DNA of 64,000 bases. It comes from Octopus vulgaris. Taxonomy: Eukaryota. The notes below the pieces were generated by a model. The model was given only the letters and a program-made list of their open reading frames with translations. It ran no database searches and had not been told where the DNA came from. The stretch spans positions 68,076,001 to 68,140,000 of the forward strand of contig OX597822.1 in NCBI GenBank assembly GCA_951406725.2. The letters are read 5' to 3'. This document shows, in pieces, positions 1 through 13,275 of the stretch. Positions within the stretch are counted from its first letter, which is position 1, and each line of letters begins with the position of its first letter. The position numbers and the translations under genes were made by a program.

Positions 1-39
1 CTCTACGTTTAGCCTAATGTGGGCAATAAAGAAAAAGGA

Positions 40-415
40 ACGAAAGCACGCAAGGCGAAATGCTTAGCGATATTTCGTCCGTCCTTACGTTCTGAGTTCA
101 AATTCTGCCGTGATCGACCTTGCCTTTTATCCTTTCGGAGTCGATAAATTACGTACCAGTTGCGTACTGCGGTCGATCTAATCGACTGGTCCCCTTCCCC
201 AAAATTTCGGGCCTTGCGCCTAGGGTAGAAAAGATTCTTAAAGGCGGCGAGCTGGTAGAAACGTTAGTACGCCTAGTGCAATGCTTAGCGGTATTTCGTC
301 TGTCTTATGTTCTGAGCTCAAATTTCGCCGAGGTCGACTTTCACTTTCATCCTTTCCGGGTCGATAAATTAAGTACTAGTTGCTTAATTTCGGGCCTTGT
401 GCCTAGAGAAAAAGA
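40..415 (+). mobile_element. Two tandem copies of tRNA-derived SINE family A (Nin/Deu-type central domain)
   Basis: Head GGCGGCGAGCTGGTAGAA..., B-box-like GAGTTCAAAT, and central GTCGACTTTCACTTTCATCCTTTCCGGGTCGATAAATTAAGTAC resembling the Deu/Nin domain. The same sequence recurs many times in the window. Confidence 0.8.
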
Positions 416-511
416 ATATCGAATCGTTAAAGCGTCAGACAACGTGTCAGCTGGTATTTAACATTCTAACTACAAATACAAATCTCACCAGGTTCAACTT
501 TTTTTTATAGT

Positions 512-782
512 TATCTTTTACTTGTTGTATTCATTGGACTGCAGTCATGCTGGAGCACTGCCTGGAGGAATTTATAGTCGAATGAATCGACCCACCCCAC
601 TCCCAGCACTTATCTTCTTTTTAAGTGAGGTACTTATTCTATTGGGGTCTTTTACTGGACCGCTATGTTACAGGGGCGTAAACACACCAAAGTCGGTTGT
701 GAATCAGTGGTGCAAGATAAACATAGACCCAAGGACACACACACGGTTGGAAAGAACGCTTCTTACCACACAACCATGTCTG
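512..782 (-). mobile_element. SINE family B (CORE-type, octopus OR2-like), internally deleted copy
   Basis: Reverse complement matches the tail (GTGCTCCAGCATG..GCAGTC) and head (GTGTGGTAAGAAGC) of the full copy at 62877-63290. Confidence 0.7.
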
Positions 783-895
783 GGTCAACTCTGTCTATGA
801 AATAGTATCAACTAGGGATCAATATAATCGCCTAGTGCTCTTCACCAAAATTTAAAGCCCCTTCAGCCTATAGTAATAGGTGGCAATAGTAATAA

Positions 896-1117
896 TGGTT
901 TCAAATTTTGCAACAAGGGCAGTAATTTGGCGGGGTGGAGGAGCATGAGTTGATTACATCGACTCCAGTGTTTAACTGGTACTTATTTTATCGACCCCTA
1001 AACGATAAAAGGGTAAAGTTGACCTCGGCGGAATTTGAACTCAGAACGTAACGGCTGACGAAATACTGCTAAGTATTTCGCCCGGCGTGCTAACGTTTCT
1101 ACCAGCTCGCCGCCTTC
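896..1117 (-). mobile_element. SINE family A, full-length
   Basis: Reverse complement reads AAGGCGGCGAGCTGGTAGAAACGTTAGCACGCCGGGCGAAA...GAGTTCAAATTCCGCCGAGGTCAAC...GGTCGATAAAATAAGTACCAG. Confidence 0.85.
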
Positions 1118-1124
1118 AGTAGTT

Positions 1125-1168
<44 letters not shown>

Positions 1169-1172
1169 ATCA

Positions 1173-1483
1173 CTAATAATCGTGTTACCCACCACGACTA
1201 TATGGGGTCTGCTTTGTTTTATTTTTTCTCTGTTGCCAGGGACGGACCAGGCAATATCATATATTGATTCCGCTCCATCCTTGCTCTCCACTGTCAGGCC
1301 ATGGACGGCAATAAAGGGGTATTTTTCTCATTACAGAAATGTGAAGACATTGCAAATGAGAGGTGTCAACCGTTTTAGAGTGTTTATTCAATATAAAAAA
1401 CACTGATGGAATAAATGACTGAATGAATGAGTGAGCGACTGAGTGAGTGGGTGAATGAGTGGCCACTAAAACTGTATAATATA
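1173..1483 (-). mobile_element. Degenerate non-autonomous Helitron-like element
   Basis: Minus strand starts ATATTATACAG followed by (CACT/CATT)n repeats. It ends with an imperfect GC hairpin (CCCCATATAGTCGTGGTGGG) and TTAG|T, one mismatch from CTAG|T. Same layout as 57963-58359. Confidence 0.4.
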
Positions 1484-1749
1484 TCAGCGCTTTCTACATT
1501 AAACCTGCTAAAAGCAACAGAAATCCTTTCCGAGTAACCCTCACTTTCATTTCCCCTCTCTTTCTCTATGTCTGTCTGTCTCTGTCTCTCAGTTTCTCTC
1601 TTTCACTCTCTCACTCACACTATTCCCCTCCCTCTCTCACTCTCTATCCCTCCCTCGCTCTCGCTCTCTCACTCCCTCTCATTGTCTCCGCAAACGCAAA
1701 CATACACACATACACACACATACATGCACACACTTACATGCATACACAC

Positions 1750-1799
<50 letters not shown>

Positions 1800-1946
1800 A
1801 GAGACAGAGAAAGTGAGAGGAAGAGTGTGTGCGTGTGTATGGTGGAGTGAGAGAAGGAGAGCGAAAGAAAGATAATATACTGATAGAAAAATAGAGCGAT
1901 GTAAATTTTAAGATACATCTTCGTATGTACGTATGTAAATATATGC

Positions 1947-1982
<36 letters not shown>

Positions 1983-2012
1983 TACATACATGCATGCATA
2001 CATATATATATA

Positions 2013-2091
<79 letters not shown>

Positions 2092-2778
2092 TTGACCTCT
2101 CTCTCGTTCAAATCCTTTCCCACAGTTCAAACCTTAAAGGCTGTATGTCAGTTCAGCTATTTATAGAAAAGAAATAAAAATAATAAAAATAAAATAAAAT
2201 AAAAAATTAATTAGATAGCAGATGTATTCAGCCGAACTGTGTCCCCTGCATTAAAGAACAACAAAGCCTGACATTGTATTTTCAATAAGACATGGTGAAA
2301 TTGGAAATTGCTGAATTCAAAGTTTGTATTAATTCTTCACTTCATCTATTAAGTCTTACAATACATTTTCTCGCTCTCACTTTCTCTTCGGATCTATCTG
2401 TCTATCGTTATCTCTTATTTTCATTCTTCATATTTTTTTCCCTTCGTTTTTCCGAATTCATCTTGCGCTGCGACACCATAACGATATTCTTCCGTTTAGG
2501 TCAACGTGTAAACCAATATTAACGCCCTTAATCAAGATAAAGACTAGGTGACGATAAAGAATTATCTAGAAGATCAATCTAATCTTCTCGTAAATGGTCT
2601 CATCTCTCTCTGTATAGATCAACTATTCAATTTACCCTCTTCTATATAGATTCCTTCTTATTTATTGAGTTTCGGCTTTCAACAATAAAAAGCTTTACAT
2701 TATTCACACACCCCATTAAATTGCTTTCGGATTTTCTCCTCACGCTTCACCATTCTTTACAATTCATCCTATTCTTAT

Positions 2779-2798
2779 TCCTTCTTCTATCCCTCTGC

Positions 2799-2892
<94 letters not shown>

Positions 2893-3060
2893 CTATCTCT
2901 GTCTGTCAGCTATCTACCTATCTATCCATCTATCTATATACCTATATATCAGTTTATCTGCCTCTATCTATTTATCTATCTATTCATCTATATTTCAGTC
3001 TATCTGTCTGTCTATCTGTTTTATCTGTTTATCTATCTATTTACTACTCTATCCATCTAT

Positions 3061-3092
<32 letters not shown>

Positions 3093-3260
3093 GTACCTAC
3101 CTATCAATCAATTTATCTATCAAAACTTCTATCTATCCATTCCACCATCAACCTATCTATCTATCTGCCCACCTGCCTATCAACCTTCCTACCAATCTAT
3201 CTATCTGTCTGTCTGTCTGTCTATCTGTCTGTCAGTCTATCAATCTGTCTATCTATCTCT
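2779..3260. repeat. (CTAT)n/(CTGT)n microsatellite with degenerate extension
   Basis: Directly visible. Confidence 0.95.
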
Positions 3261-3821
3261 TTAACCCTGTCTCCACCTTCAGGAACAAACCTCACATCTT
3301 TCCTTCTAACCTTCTTTACCGCTCAATGCTCTCCAACGGTGGGTGACTAGAAAATTCTAATTACAGAAATAATTTCATCTATCTCATTTTTTTTCTCTCT
3401 CTCTTTTTGTCTTTTTCAAAAGGGTTTTTCTTAGGAACCATATGTGAACGTTGAACTGCTTTTCTCACAATTTGGAACCCAGACAGGTGAAGTTGACATA
3501 TGTGTTCCTCTTTCTAAAATTGTCACCATGGGCGTCATTACGTATGTCTTTGTGGTGGTAATGTGATGTCTTATTTCCTGACAGTGACAGTTTCATTAAT
3601 AAACAAACCAATATATACATACATATCAATATGTATTTACTGGTGTATATTCTACATGTATGTGTGAGAGTGTTTTGAGTGTGTACATCTACATGCGTGC
3701 ATACATTTATGAACATACACAGACATTATGGAGAATATATATATGAATATATATACACATTTACCAACACATATACAGACGTACTCATATATGAGACTTG
3801 CAGATATCTATCCCATTCCGA

Positions 3822-4195
<374 letters not shown>

Positions 4196-4320
4196 TACAT
4201 AGACAGATATATCTAGATATTGATATAGATATACAACTATACATACATATGTGTGTCTGTGTACATGCATATAGGCATGTATGCACGAGTATGTATAAAT
4301 GTGTGTGTGTGCGTCTGTGT

Positions 4321-4356
<36 letters not shown>

Positions 4357-5019
4357 AGGAAATTAGGAAAGGAAATAAAGAATAACTCCCAGCCTTACCT
4401 TATTCTTCAGTTATTACAGCCCTACAAATCACACACATACACACACACACAAGCATACATACACGCACACATGCACATATACATACACACACGTGCACAC
4501 ACACACACGCATATGTGTGTGTATGTATATATATATATAGTGTATATATATATGAATGTATATTATACATTTGTGTGTGTGTGTGTGTGTGTGTAAACAT
4601 GTGTGTGTGTATATATATTTAGCCTGCATGCTAGTACCTTCATCTCTGCCTCTAATCTCGATGCTGCCATCACCATCGACTACGGAGACATCCCCGACAG
4701 CACCCGCCCAGCGTATATCTACAACTGCTGTGTAACGCTTAGTAACCGTCCCCACCACTACCACCACGCGTCCCCAAATCGATAGCCACCCACCCACCCC
4801 CATCCTATCGAAATGCCCTCCCCTAATCCCTAAGTGAACGTAAGTGTCACAATTAAATGACAATTTTTATGTCAGCCATTGAAAGAGTCGCGTTAAATGT
4901 AATCGTTCAATTTACCAGTCGGACGACATATTGGATATCGAAAACACCAAATTTATGATGGCGGCTTTTGTGTTGGTGACGGTGGAGGTAGTCGTTGTGT
5001 TGATAAAAGGTTGTGGTGG

Positions 5020-5050
<31 letters not shown>

Positions 5051-5988
5051 TATCTTGGTGGCCGTCGTCGTCATCATTGTCGTTGTTGATGGCGGTTCAT
5101 CCTTCATATTTGATGACTTTTAACCTTCTCCCTTCATTCAATTTTACAAACAATAGCAATAATTATTGCAACATCACCATCATCATTAACGTAAGCTAGC
5201 GACATTAACAGCAACAACAGAAGCATGAACGTCAGAGGCAGTAATAAGAGTAGTGGATATTTAGTGAGGATCTCCTCACGTGGTCATTCAATCTGCTGAA
5301 AATGGCAGCTAAATCTCCCTAAAACTACAACCTAGTATCTTTTTCTTATAATTTATTGGATAACATAATGAGTAATTGGCTATGAATATAAAAGAAAAGA
5401 CAAGGTAGTCATGGTTGGAATATTCTTGATTATAAAACTCCAAGATCAGGGAAAATGGCCATCACCACCTCCACCACCACCACCACCAGCCGTTCAAGAA
5501 TTTGGACCTGGAGATCTCCATTTCCAGCGACTTCGAGGGCCACCTCCCAGTGGTGTTGGACGTCAACGAAGAGCCCTCGATTACAACAAGATGACCAAAG
5601 TTTTTTTTTCCCAAGGTCTGGGGTCTCCCGCCCCTAAGCCCTAGACCATCATCTAATCACCCTTACCCGTCTTGTTCCTTAATAACATCACCAATAACCA
5701 ACAGCAGCAATAATAACGTTGGAAAAGGCTGTAAAAATATTTATTGCATGGGCCAAGAACAGTTTCATCAAAGTCCGATCGAAACATGCTACTGATACCT
5801 ATTTAATCTATGCTGCCTGCTATTGGTCAAGGGAGTGGCTAAAATGACCACTACCATCTTACATAAGAAATAACGTTCGAGTCAGGGTCCTGGTTTAAGG
5901 ACCACTTTCTCTCTTCATTCCCATATTTTCAAAAGCTCCGAAAAGATGAGCACTGGTCTTCCTTTCAGATTGAGCAAATAAATATTAT

Positions 5989-6042
<54 letters not shown>

Positions 6043-6044
<2 letters not shown>

Positions 6045-6208
6045 CAACGTGGCTGAAAAAGATCGATGCAAGTGTGAAGGTAGAACACCTACAAAATTCA
6101 GCATTGTTTGGAGTTGCAAGAATTATTCGCAGGGTTCATGAAGCATGACCAGTAAACAAGTGTCACCATCTGGACAGCTGACACTTTCCCAGCACTGCTC
6201 TCTCACTC

Positions 6209-6209
<1 letters not shown>
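6043..6209 (+). mobile_element. 3' fragment of an R4/Dong-like LINE between (TAA)n arrays
   Basis: Translates to ...WLKKIDASVKVEHLQNSALFGVARIIRRVHEA*, homologous to the C-terminus of the 6728-8029 ORF. (TAA)n on both sides. Confidence 0.75.
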
Positions 6210-6276
<67 letters not shown>

Positions 6277-6630
6277 GAACAAGAACAATAACAACAACAA
6301 CAACAACAACAACAACAACGACGACGACGACAACAACGACGACAACAACGACGACAACAACGACAACAACGACGACAACGACAACGACAACGACGACGAC
6401 AACAACAACAATAATAACAATAACAATAACAACAACAACAACAATAACAACAACAATAACAATAACAACAATAATAACAATAATAATAATAACAATAATA
6501 ACAATAACAATAATAATAATAACAATAACAACAATAACAACAACAACAACAATAACAATAATAATAATAATAAATCTCTAAATAACAATAACAATAACAA
6601 TAACAATAACGATAACAACAACAACAACAA
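6209..6630. repeat. Compound (AAT)n/(AAC)n/(GAC)n trinucleotide array
   Basis: Directly visible. Confidence 0.95.
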
Positions 6631-6679
6631 TCTCTATAATGAATCTCTAAATCTCTGAATCTCTAAATGAATCTCTAAA

Positions 6680-8207
6680 TGCAAGTATCTAGGGGTAATT
6701 GAAGGAGACGGAATAAGGCATTCAGAGATGAAGGAAAGGATCAGGAGAGAATGTTATCGCAGAGTAAGAGCAATACTCAAGACAGAGCTGAATGCGAGAA
6801 ACAGGATCGAAGCGATCAATGCATTAGCCATACCAGTCGTGACTTACAGTTTCAATATCGTTAACTGGTCAATTACTGAAATATGTAATCTTGACAGAAA
6901 AATACGAAAACTGTTGACAATGCATAGAATGCACCACCCTAAAGCAGATACAGAACGACTTTATCTGCCAAAAAAAGAGGGAGGCCGTGAACTTTTACAA
7001 CTGGCAATAATAATGAAGATTGCTACAATTGGCCTAGACACCTACATGAAAAACTCTGAGGACTGGATGTTAAAACTTGTCTCAAAACATGAAAACAAGA
7101 AAGCATCATACTCATTAACAAAACAGGCAAAGGAATATCTAAGTGAATTCCGAATACAACAAATTTCGGAATTAGAGATAGACATACAAGAAACAGGCAC
7201 AGAAAAAGCTAAGCGCATGAAAACCTGTGCTAAATCTGCGGCCTTAGATATTCTGAATGATAAATGGCAAGAAAAACCTCTCTATGGCAAATACCCAAAG
7301 AGAGCGAATAATGCAGATGTTGACAAAGCCCTGACCCATCAATGGCTAATGGCCTCTGGCTTAAAATCTGAAACAGAGGGGTTTATCATAGCAGCTCAAG
7401 ATCAATGCCTACCAACAAGAAACTACCAGGCCAACATATTAAAGATCAGCAGCAGTCCAACGTGTCGTGTATGCCTGCAACAAAATGAAACCATTGATCA
7501 TGTGGTCTCCAAGTGCAGTTTTCTAGCGCCTACAGAGTATCTCAACAGGCACGATAGAGTTGCACAATATATTCACTGGGTAATCTGCAAAAACCTGGAT
7601 TTGCCCCATGAAAAAAACTGGTGGGAACACAAACCACCCCCAGTGCTTGAAAATGACCACATCTTACTCCTCTGGAACTTCACCATTCAAACTGACAGAA
7701 AGATAGATGCAAGTAGACCAGACATCATATTGAAAGACTTCAAACAAAGTCCATGCCTCCTCATTGATATGACTGTCCCAATCGATATAAACGTATCTGT
7801 CAAGACCTACCAAAAACTGAGCAAATATAAAGATCTTGAAATAAAAATCAGCAAAATGTGGAAGCTGAAGAATAAAACAATACCTGTTGTCATAGGTGCC
7901 CTGGGAATGATAGCAAAAGGGGCTGATAGCTACCTAACTCAGATACCAGGAAACCCAAAAATGGCAGAAATTCAAAAGATAGTGCTCATGGGAACTGCTC
8001 ATATCCTACACAAAATACTTTCTATGTAATCTCAAGGTTTAAAACAAACATTTTTTTTAGACATCCACCAGTACAACACAAAAAACAACCAAATATATGG
8101 CACACTAGGCATAACAACAACGTGAACTTCCAACCTGTTGTCTCTTGAGGTCTCCGGGTGAGACTTGGTGCCAACTTGTACAAATATAAAGCAAAAGTCA
8201 AACAAAT
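6680..8207 (+). mobile_element. 5'-truncated RLE-type non-LTR retrotransposon (R4/Dong clade)
   Basis: Begins in the RT domain-7 motif KYLGV and runs through an open ORF and ~180-bp 3' UTR into (AAC/AAT)n. Trinucleotide arrays on both sides match the known TAA-repeat targeting of Dong. Confidence 0.9.
6728..8029 (+). CDS. C-terminal part of LINE polyprotein: RT thumb, CCHC zinc knuckle, restriction-like endonuclease
   Basis: 433 aa without stops. Motifs RLYLPKKEGGR, IIAAQDQ, CRVC-x8-H-x4-C, RHD, RPDII, LIDMTVP, KLSKYKDL, PVVIGALG. The ATG is internal and the RT catalytic core is missing. Confidence 0.9.
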   Translation: MKERIRRECYRRVRAILKTELNARNRIEAINALAIPVVTYSFNIVNWSITEICNLDRKIRKLLTMHRMHHPKADTERLYLPKKEGGRELLQLAIIMKIATIGLDTYMKNSEDWMLKLVSKHENKKASYSLTKQAKEYLSEFRIQQISELEIDIQETGTEKAKRMKTCAKSAALDILNDKWQEKPLYGKYPKRANNADVDKALTHQWLMASGLKSETEGFIIAAQDQCLPTRNYQANILKISSSPTCRVCLQQNETIDHVVSKCSFLAPTEYLNRHDRVAQYIHWVICKNLDLPHEKNWWEHKPPPVLENDHILLLWNFTIQTDRKIDASRPDIILKDFKQSPCLLIDMTVPIDINVSVKTYQKLSKYKDLEIKISKMWKLKNKTIPVVIGALGMIAKGADSYLTQIPGNPKMAEIQKIVLMGTAHILHKILSM

Positions 8208-8246
8208 AACAACAACAACAACAACAACAACAATAATAATAATAAT

Positions 8247-8768
8247 CAGTGGCTCTCTGATGCTGTATCATACCACCTGATCTTAACTGATTGGGAGTGT
8301 TATCATGTACATTGTTTTGTCTCGGTATAAATGATGGGCTACAGCAAATATTCTGCTCAATACCACAGATTTACTTGTCAGTTGTTTAACCTTAACCAGT
8401 TGAGCATGTCCCTTAGTGGCTGACGATATGTGCATCTCTGGTCACAAGGAGAAGTAGTGGGGAGCATCATAGCCATGTGTTGAGTGGGATTCTTTGGGAT
8501 TTGAATAATTCACCTCTGGAAACATGGGTGTTTCGTTCAACATCCTTAAACAACCCTTATTCAGGGACCTTTTGAGCAGGATGGCTGCAAGGTCATATGC
8601 TGTTTATCTTGATATGAGATCACCATGTTGCGCACATATGGTTGTAATGCATGTGCCAAGTGTACTCTTATCAGACGGGTAGTGAGGATGGGTATACTGG
8701 GCTTCGTATATTTTACCCCAGTATCACTGATGGCATGCACTGCTCTCTCACTCAATAATAATAATAAC
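8247..8768 (+). mobile_element. Non-coding retroposed repeat (family D) ending CACTGCTCTCTCACTC(AAT)n
   Basis: A second copy lies in reverse at 20920-21416. The same 3' end also appears at 8946-9005 and 6193-6209. No credible ORF. Confidence 0.75.
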
Positions 8769-8890
8769 CTTTCCTCTTCTCCTTTCTATTCTTACGCTGG
8801 CTACTATGCTTTCAAATCGCGTTCTTCCTCTGGTTACTGAGTGAAAATAAATAACAGGAGCAAACAACTACTACTTTGTAACCCTCCAGA

Positions 8891-8948
8891 CATATGGCGT
8901 AGTGGTTAAGAGCGTGAGCTACTAACCCCAAGATTCCGAGTTCAATTT
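8891..8948 (+). mobile_element. tRNA-like SINE head (family E), truncated
   Basis: A box TGGCGTAGTGG (8895) and B box GTTCAATT (8940). Matches the head at 23952-24010. Confidence 0.7.
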
Positions 8949-9009
8949 TACCTTGGTGTCACTTTGATGGTATGCGCTGCTCTCTCACTCAATAATAATA
9001 ATAATCGTT

Positions 9010-9195
9010 TCAAATGTCAGAAACATCTAGATAATATCTTAAGAGAACCCTGTCTCAGAGAAATCCAAAAGATTGTGCTAACAAGTACTGCCCACATCCT
9101 TAGAAAAACTCTGTAACATCTCTTATTCTTCACTCACCCCAGGACGCTGGGTGTGTCTCAGCAAGTGACTGTAACAAACATGCAGATTAAAAGTA
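9010..9195 (+). mobile_element. 3' fragment of another R4/Dong-like LINE
   Basis: Translates to ...EPCLREIQKIVLTSTAHILRKTL*, compared with EIQKIVLMGTAHILHKILSM* in the long ORF. Preceded by (AAT)n, followed by (GAA)n. Confidence 0.8.
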
Positions 9196-9206
9196 AAAAA
9201 GAAGAA

Positions 9207-9253
<47 letters not shown>

Positions 9254-9296
9254 AGAAGAAGAAGAAGAAGAAGAAGAAGAAGAAGAAGAAGAAGAA

Positions 9297-9480
9297 TGAT
9301 TTCAAAATTTGGCACAAGGCCAACTAGTTCGGAGGAGGAGGTAAGTTGATTATATCGACTTCAGTGCGTAATTGGTACTTATTTTATCGACCCCGAAAGG
9401 ATGAAAGGCAAACTCGACCTCGAGGGAATTTGGACTTCGGCGTAATGACGGACGAAATGCTGCTAAGCATTTTGTCTCGT
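9297..9480 (-). mobile_element. SINE family A
   Basis: Contains GGTACTTATTTTATCGACCCCGAAAGGATGAAAGGCAAA, the reverse complement of the central domain. Confidence 0.8.
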
Positions 9481-10414
9481 GCGGGTGGTAACGATTAAAC
9501 AATCTCACAAAGTTTCAGTAAAGCTCATTCAAATCAAAGAAATCCCTGAGCAAAGGCATTCTTTGAGAATTCTCTGTTTTAGAATATCGAATAATGCGTA
9601 AAAGAGTGTAATAGAGGAGATGATTCGATGGGTTTGTGGAGCTATTTCTAGCAGGCGGTGCGACTGATATCAAGAGGTGAACAAGTCTATTGTATAGCTT
9701 ATCTATTTTTAAAGCCTTCGAGACCAAACTAGAGAATTCGTAAAAGATTTTGCTTCCTTCCTCATTTTATCATCAGCAAGGAGCTTGTTTTTGGTAAAAG
9801 ATTAATTCTTGGCTTTCTTTTAAGAAATAACATTCATGTGACTGATAGAAATCTTCCATAGATTTAGCTGTTGCTCTTATTAATATTATTAACGTTCCTT
9901 GTTTTTTTTCCTTTTTTTTATGTTGCAAAAGCAACGCTTTGATTCACTTTTTCTTGGAGATTGTGTTGGTGTTTTTATTTTCTATTTGGGGAAAATATTC
10001 ACCAAAGCTGGCTATTTTTAGTGAAAACAATTCCGCCTTCTTCTTTTTTTCATTTCCCTCTTTTTCATGTAATAATCTTCACTATCTATCGCTAGCATTC
10101 CATATTCTTTTCCTGTAGGTTTATTTCCACTAATCTGCGATATTCAAAGGCCACACTATGAAAAAGAGTTTCTTCCCTTGCCGGAAATGCGTATTTAATC
10201 AAACCTTTATCATCAGAACATTTCGAAGGGACTTATGACGAAAAAGTAAAGAACAAAACGAAGTACAATAGAAAAAAAAAATCAAATCAAAAGGCAAATA
10301 TATCCTGTATTCGTTATATAATCTCTTTTGTTTCGGCGCTTTGGGTTTCTTTTCCCCTTCTTCGAGACCAAGTTAGAGAAGCTACCATGTATTTATAAAT
10401 GCCTTTTAGAAAAT

Positions 10415-10523
<109 letters not shown>

Positions 10524-10853
10524 TCGTATTATACACATATACATAAACGTACACTGAGCCGCACTCATACAATACACATACGTTAACATACACACGAAAC
10601 GATTGTATATGTGTGCACCTGCATGTCTATACGTAAGTGTGCGCATGCGCGTGTGTGTATGTGTGTGTGCGTGTGACTTGGAATACATATATGTATTTGT
10701 TTAATTGCACGCTTTGACTTCTTTTCGGTTCATTCTGTTTACATTATATAAATATCGAACTGTGCGGTTAATACAGGACTGACTCGGTGCTTCAACTTAA
10801 GTACCTATTTCAACTGAATCTTAACTATTTCATGTATATACATACATACATAC

Positions 10854-10912
<59 letters not shown>

Positions 10913-10964
10913 TATACATACATACATACATACATACATACATAATTACATACATATATGTATA

Positions 10965-11189
10965 TACGAGTGGTGGGGCGGGATGGATAGTTCTTGGCTT
11001 TAAGGAAATTGCAAAAGATCTGGTTGGAGGCCCAACTTTCTGATTTCTTTTACAGGGTTTAGCAAAACTAAAGGACCGCTGCAGTAAGTGTGTGAATCTG
11101 AGAGGGGAATATGTTGAATAAAGTCATAATTAACTGATCCTATGGTATTTTCTTTTACCCACAGCCCGGAACTTTTTTGCACCCCTCGT
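10965..11189. mobile_element. Possible degenerate mariner-type non-autonomous element
   Basis: Left end TACGAGTGGTG...AGTTCTTGGCTT. Right end reverse complement CACGAGGGGTGCAAAAAAGTTCCGGGCT. Only loosely inverted. Confidence 0.35.
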
Positions 11190-11193
11190 GTTT

Positions 11194-11324
<131 letters not shown>

Positions 11325-11386
11325 CATAGGTAGATAGATAGAAATGTACATATATACATACATACATACATACATACATACATACA

Positions 11387-11417
<31 letters not shown>

Positions 11418-11796
11418 GAATTGTGGGTAGTAAGACTTTGAATGGCGTTAGTGGATTGGTACATACAGTTATTGCTCAGGACGACTATATGCCTAAGTCT
11501 TTCGAATGTCGGAGCTAAGAGATACGATGCATTCTCCTCGGCTATTAATGGCAACAGACGCGATGAAAAACGGTTGAATAAAAGGGAAATTACTCTATTA
11601 GGTAGAAAAAAATAAAAAATAAAAAAAATAAACGCAACCATTTATAGCAGACGAGAATGCATCGTAGACCTTCACTCCGACTTTCGAAACTCCGAGTACT
11701 ATTATGACAACTTACTGATTGTCCTAACGATACTATATATATATCAATAATCCTCTATTTACCTAATATCGAGGTCTCAGTTTTTGTTGTCACTTT

Positions 11797-11860
<64 letters not shown>

Positions 11861-11863
<3 letters not shown>

Positions 11864-12147
11864 ATTGCAGCGTGGAATGTGTTTATAAGCCATTTAAGAA
11901 ACACACAAAAACCGTTAGATTCACTTCAACATGTAAATATAATTTGTCAAAATATTTTCGTCGCTTTGAGACCGCGACCTGTTCACTGACGAAGTTTTGT
12001 CAGTGACAAATTAAATTTAAATGTTGAAGTGAATCTAACGGTTTTTGTGTGTTTCTTAAATTGCTTATAAACACCTTCCACGCTACAATTGTTTTCGTTG
12101 CGGCACACGATCTCAGATCAGATCACTTGCTATGCAAGTACATCTCC

Positions 12148-12148
<1 letters not shown>
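11861..12148. mobile_element. Palindromic Penelope-type non-autonomous element (family P1) inside (TA)n
   Basis: Inverted arms span 11861-12092, with the right arm internally deleted. The tail is shared with the copy at 50149-50472. Contains a hammerhead motif. Confidence 0.75.
11946..11990 (-). ncRNA. Minimal type I hammerhead ribozyme motif, G3:C8 core variant
   Basis: Minus strand: GTCA-GTGAACA-G-GTCGC-GGTCTCAAA-GCGAC-GAA-A-ATAT-T-T-TGAC. Stem I GTCA/TGAC, stem II GTCGC/GCGAC, palindromic stem III region. Confidence 0.7.
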
Positions 12149-13085
<937 letters not shown>

Positions 13086-13215
13086 TATATGTATGTGTGT
13101 GTGTGTATGTATGTATATGTATATATATGTAGACATGTACATGTATGTATATATATATACATACATACATACATACACACACACACATATATATATACAC
13201 ATACATACATACATC

Positions 13216-13275
<60 letters not shown>

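Noticed and set aside
5411-5644. Proline-rich 77-aa ORF
   Set aside because: Starts in a repeat fragment, and the poly-Pro comes from a (CCA)n run.
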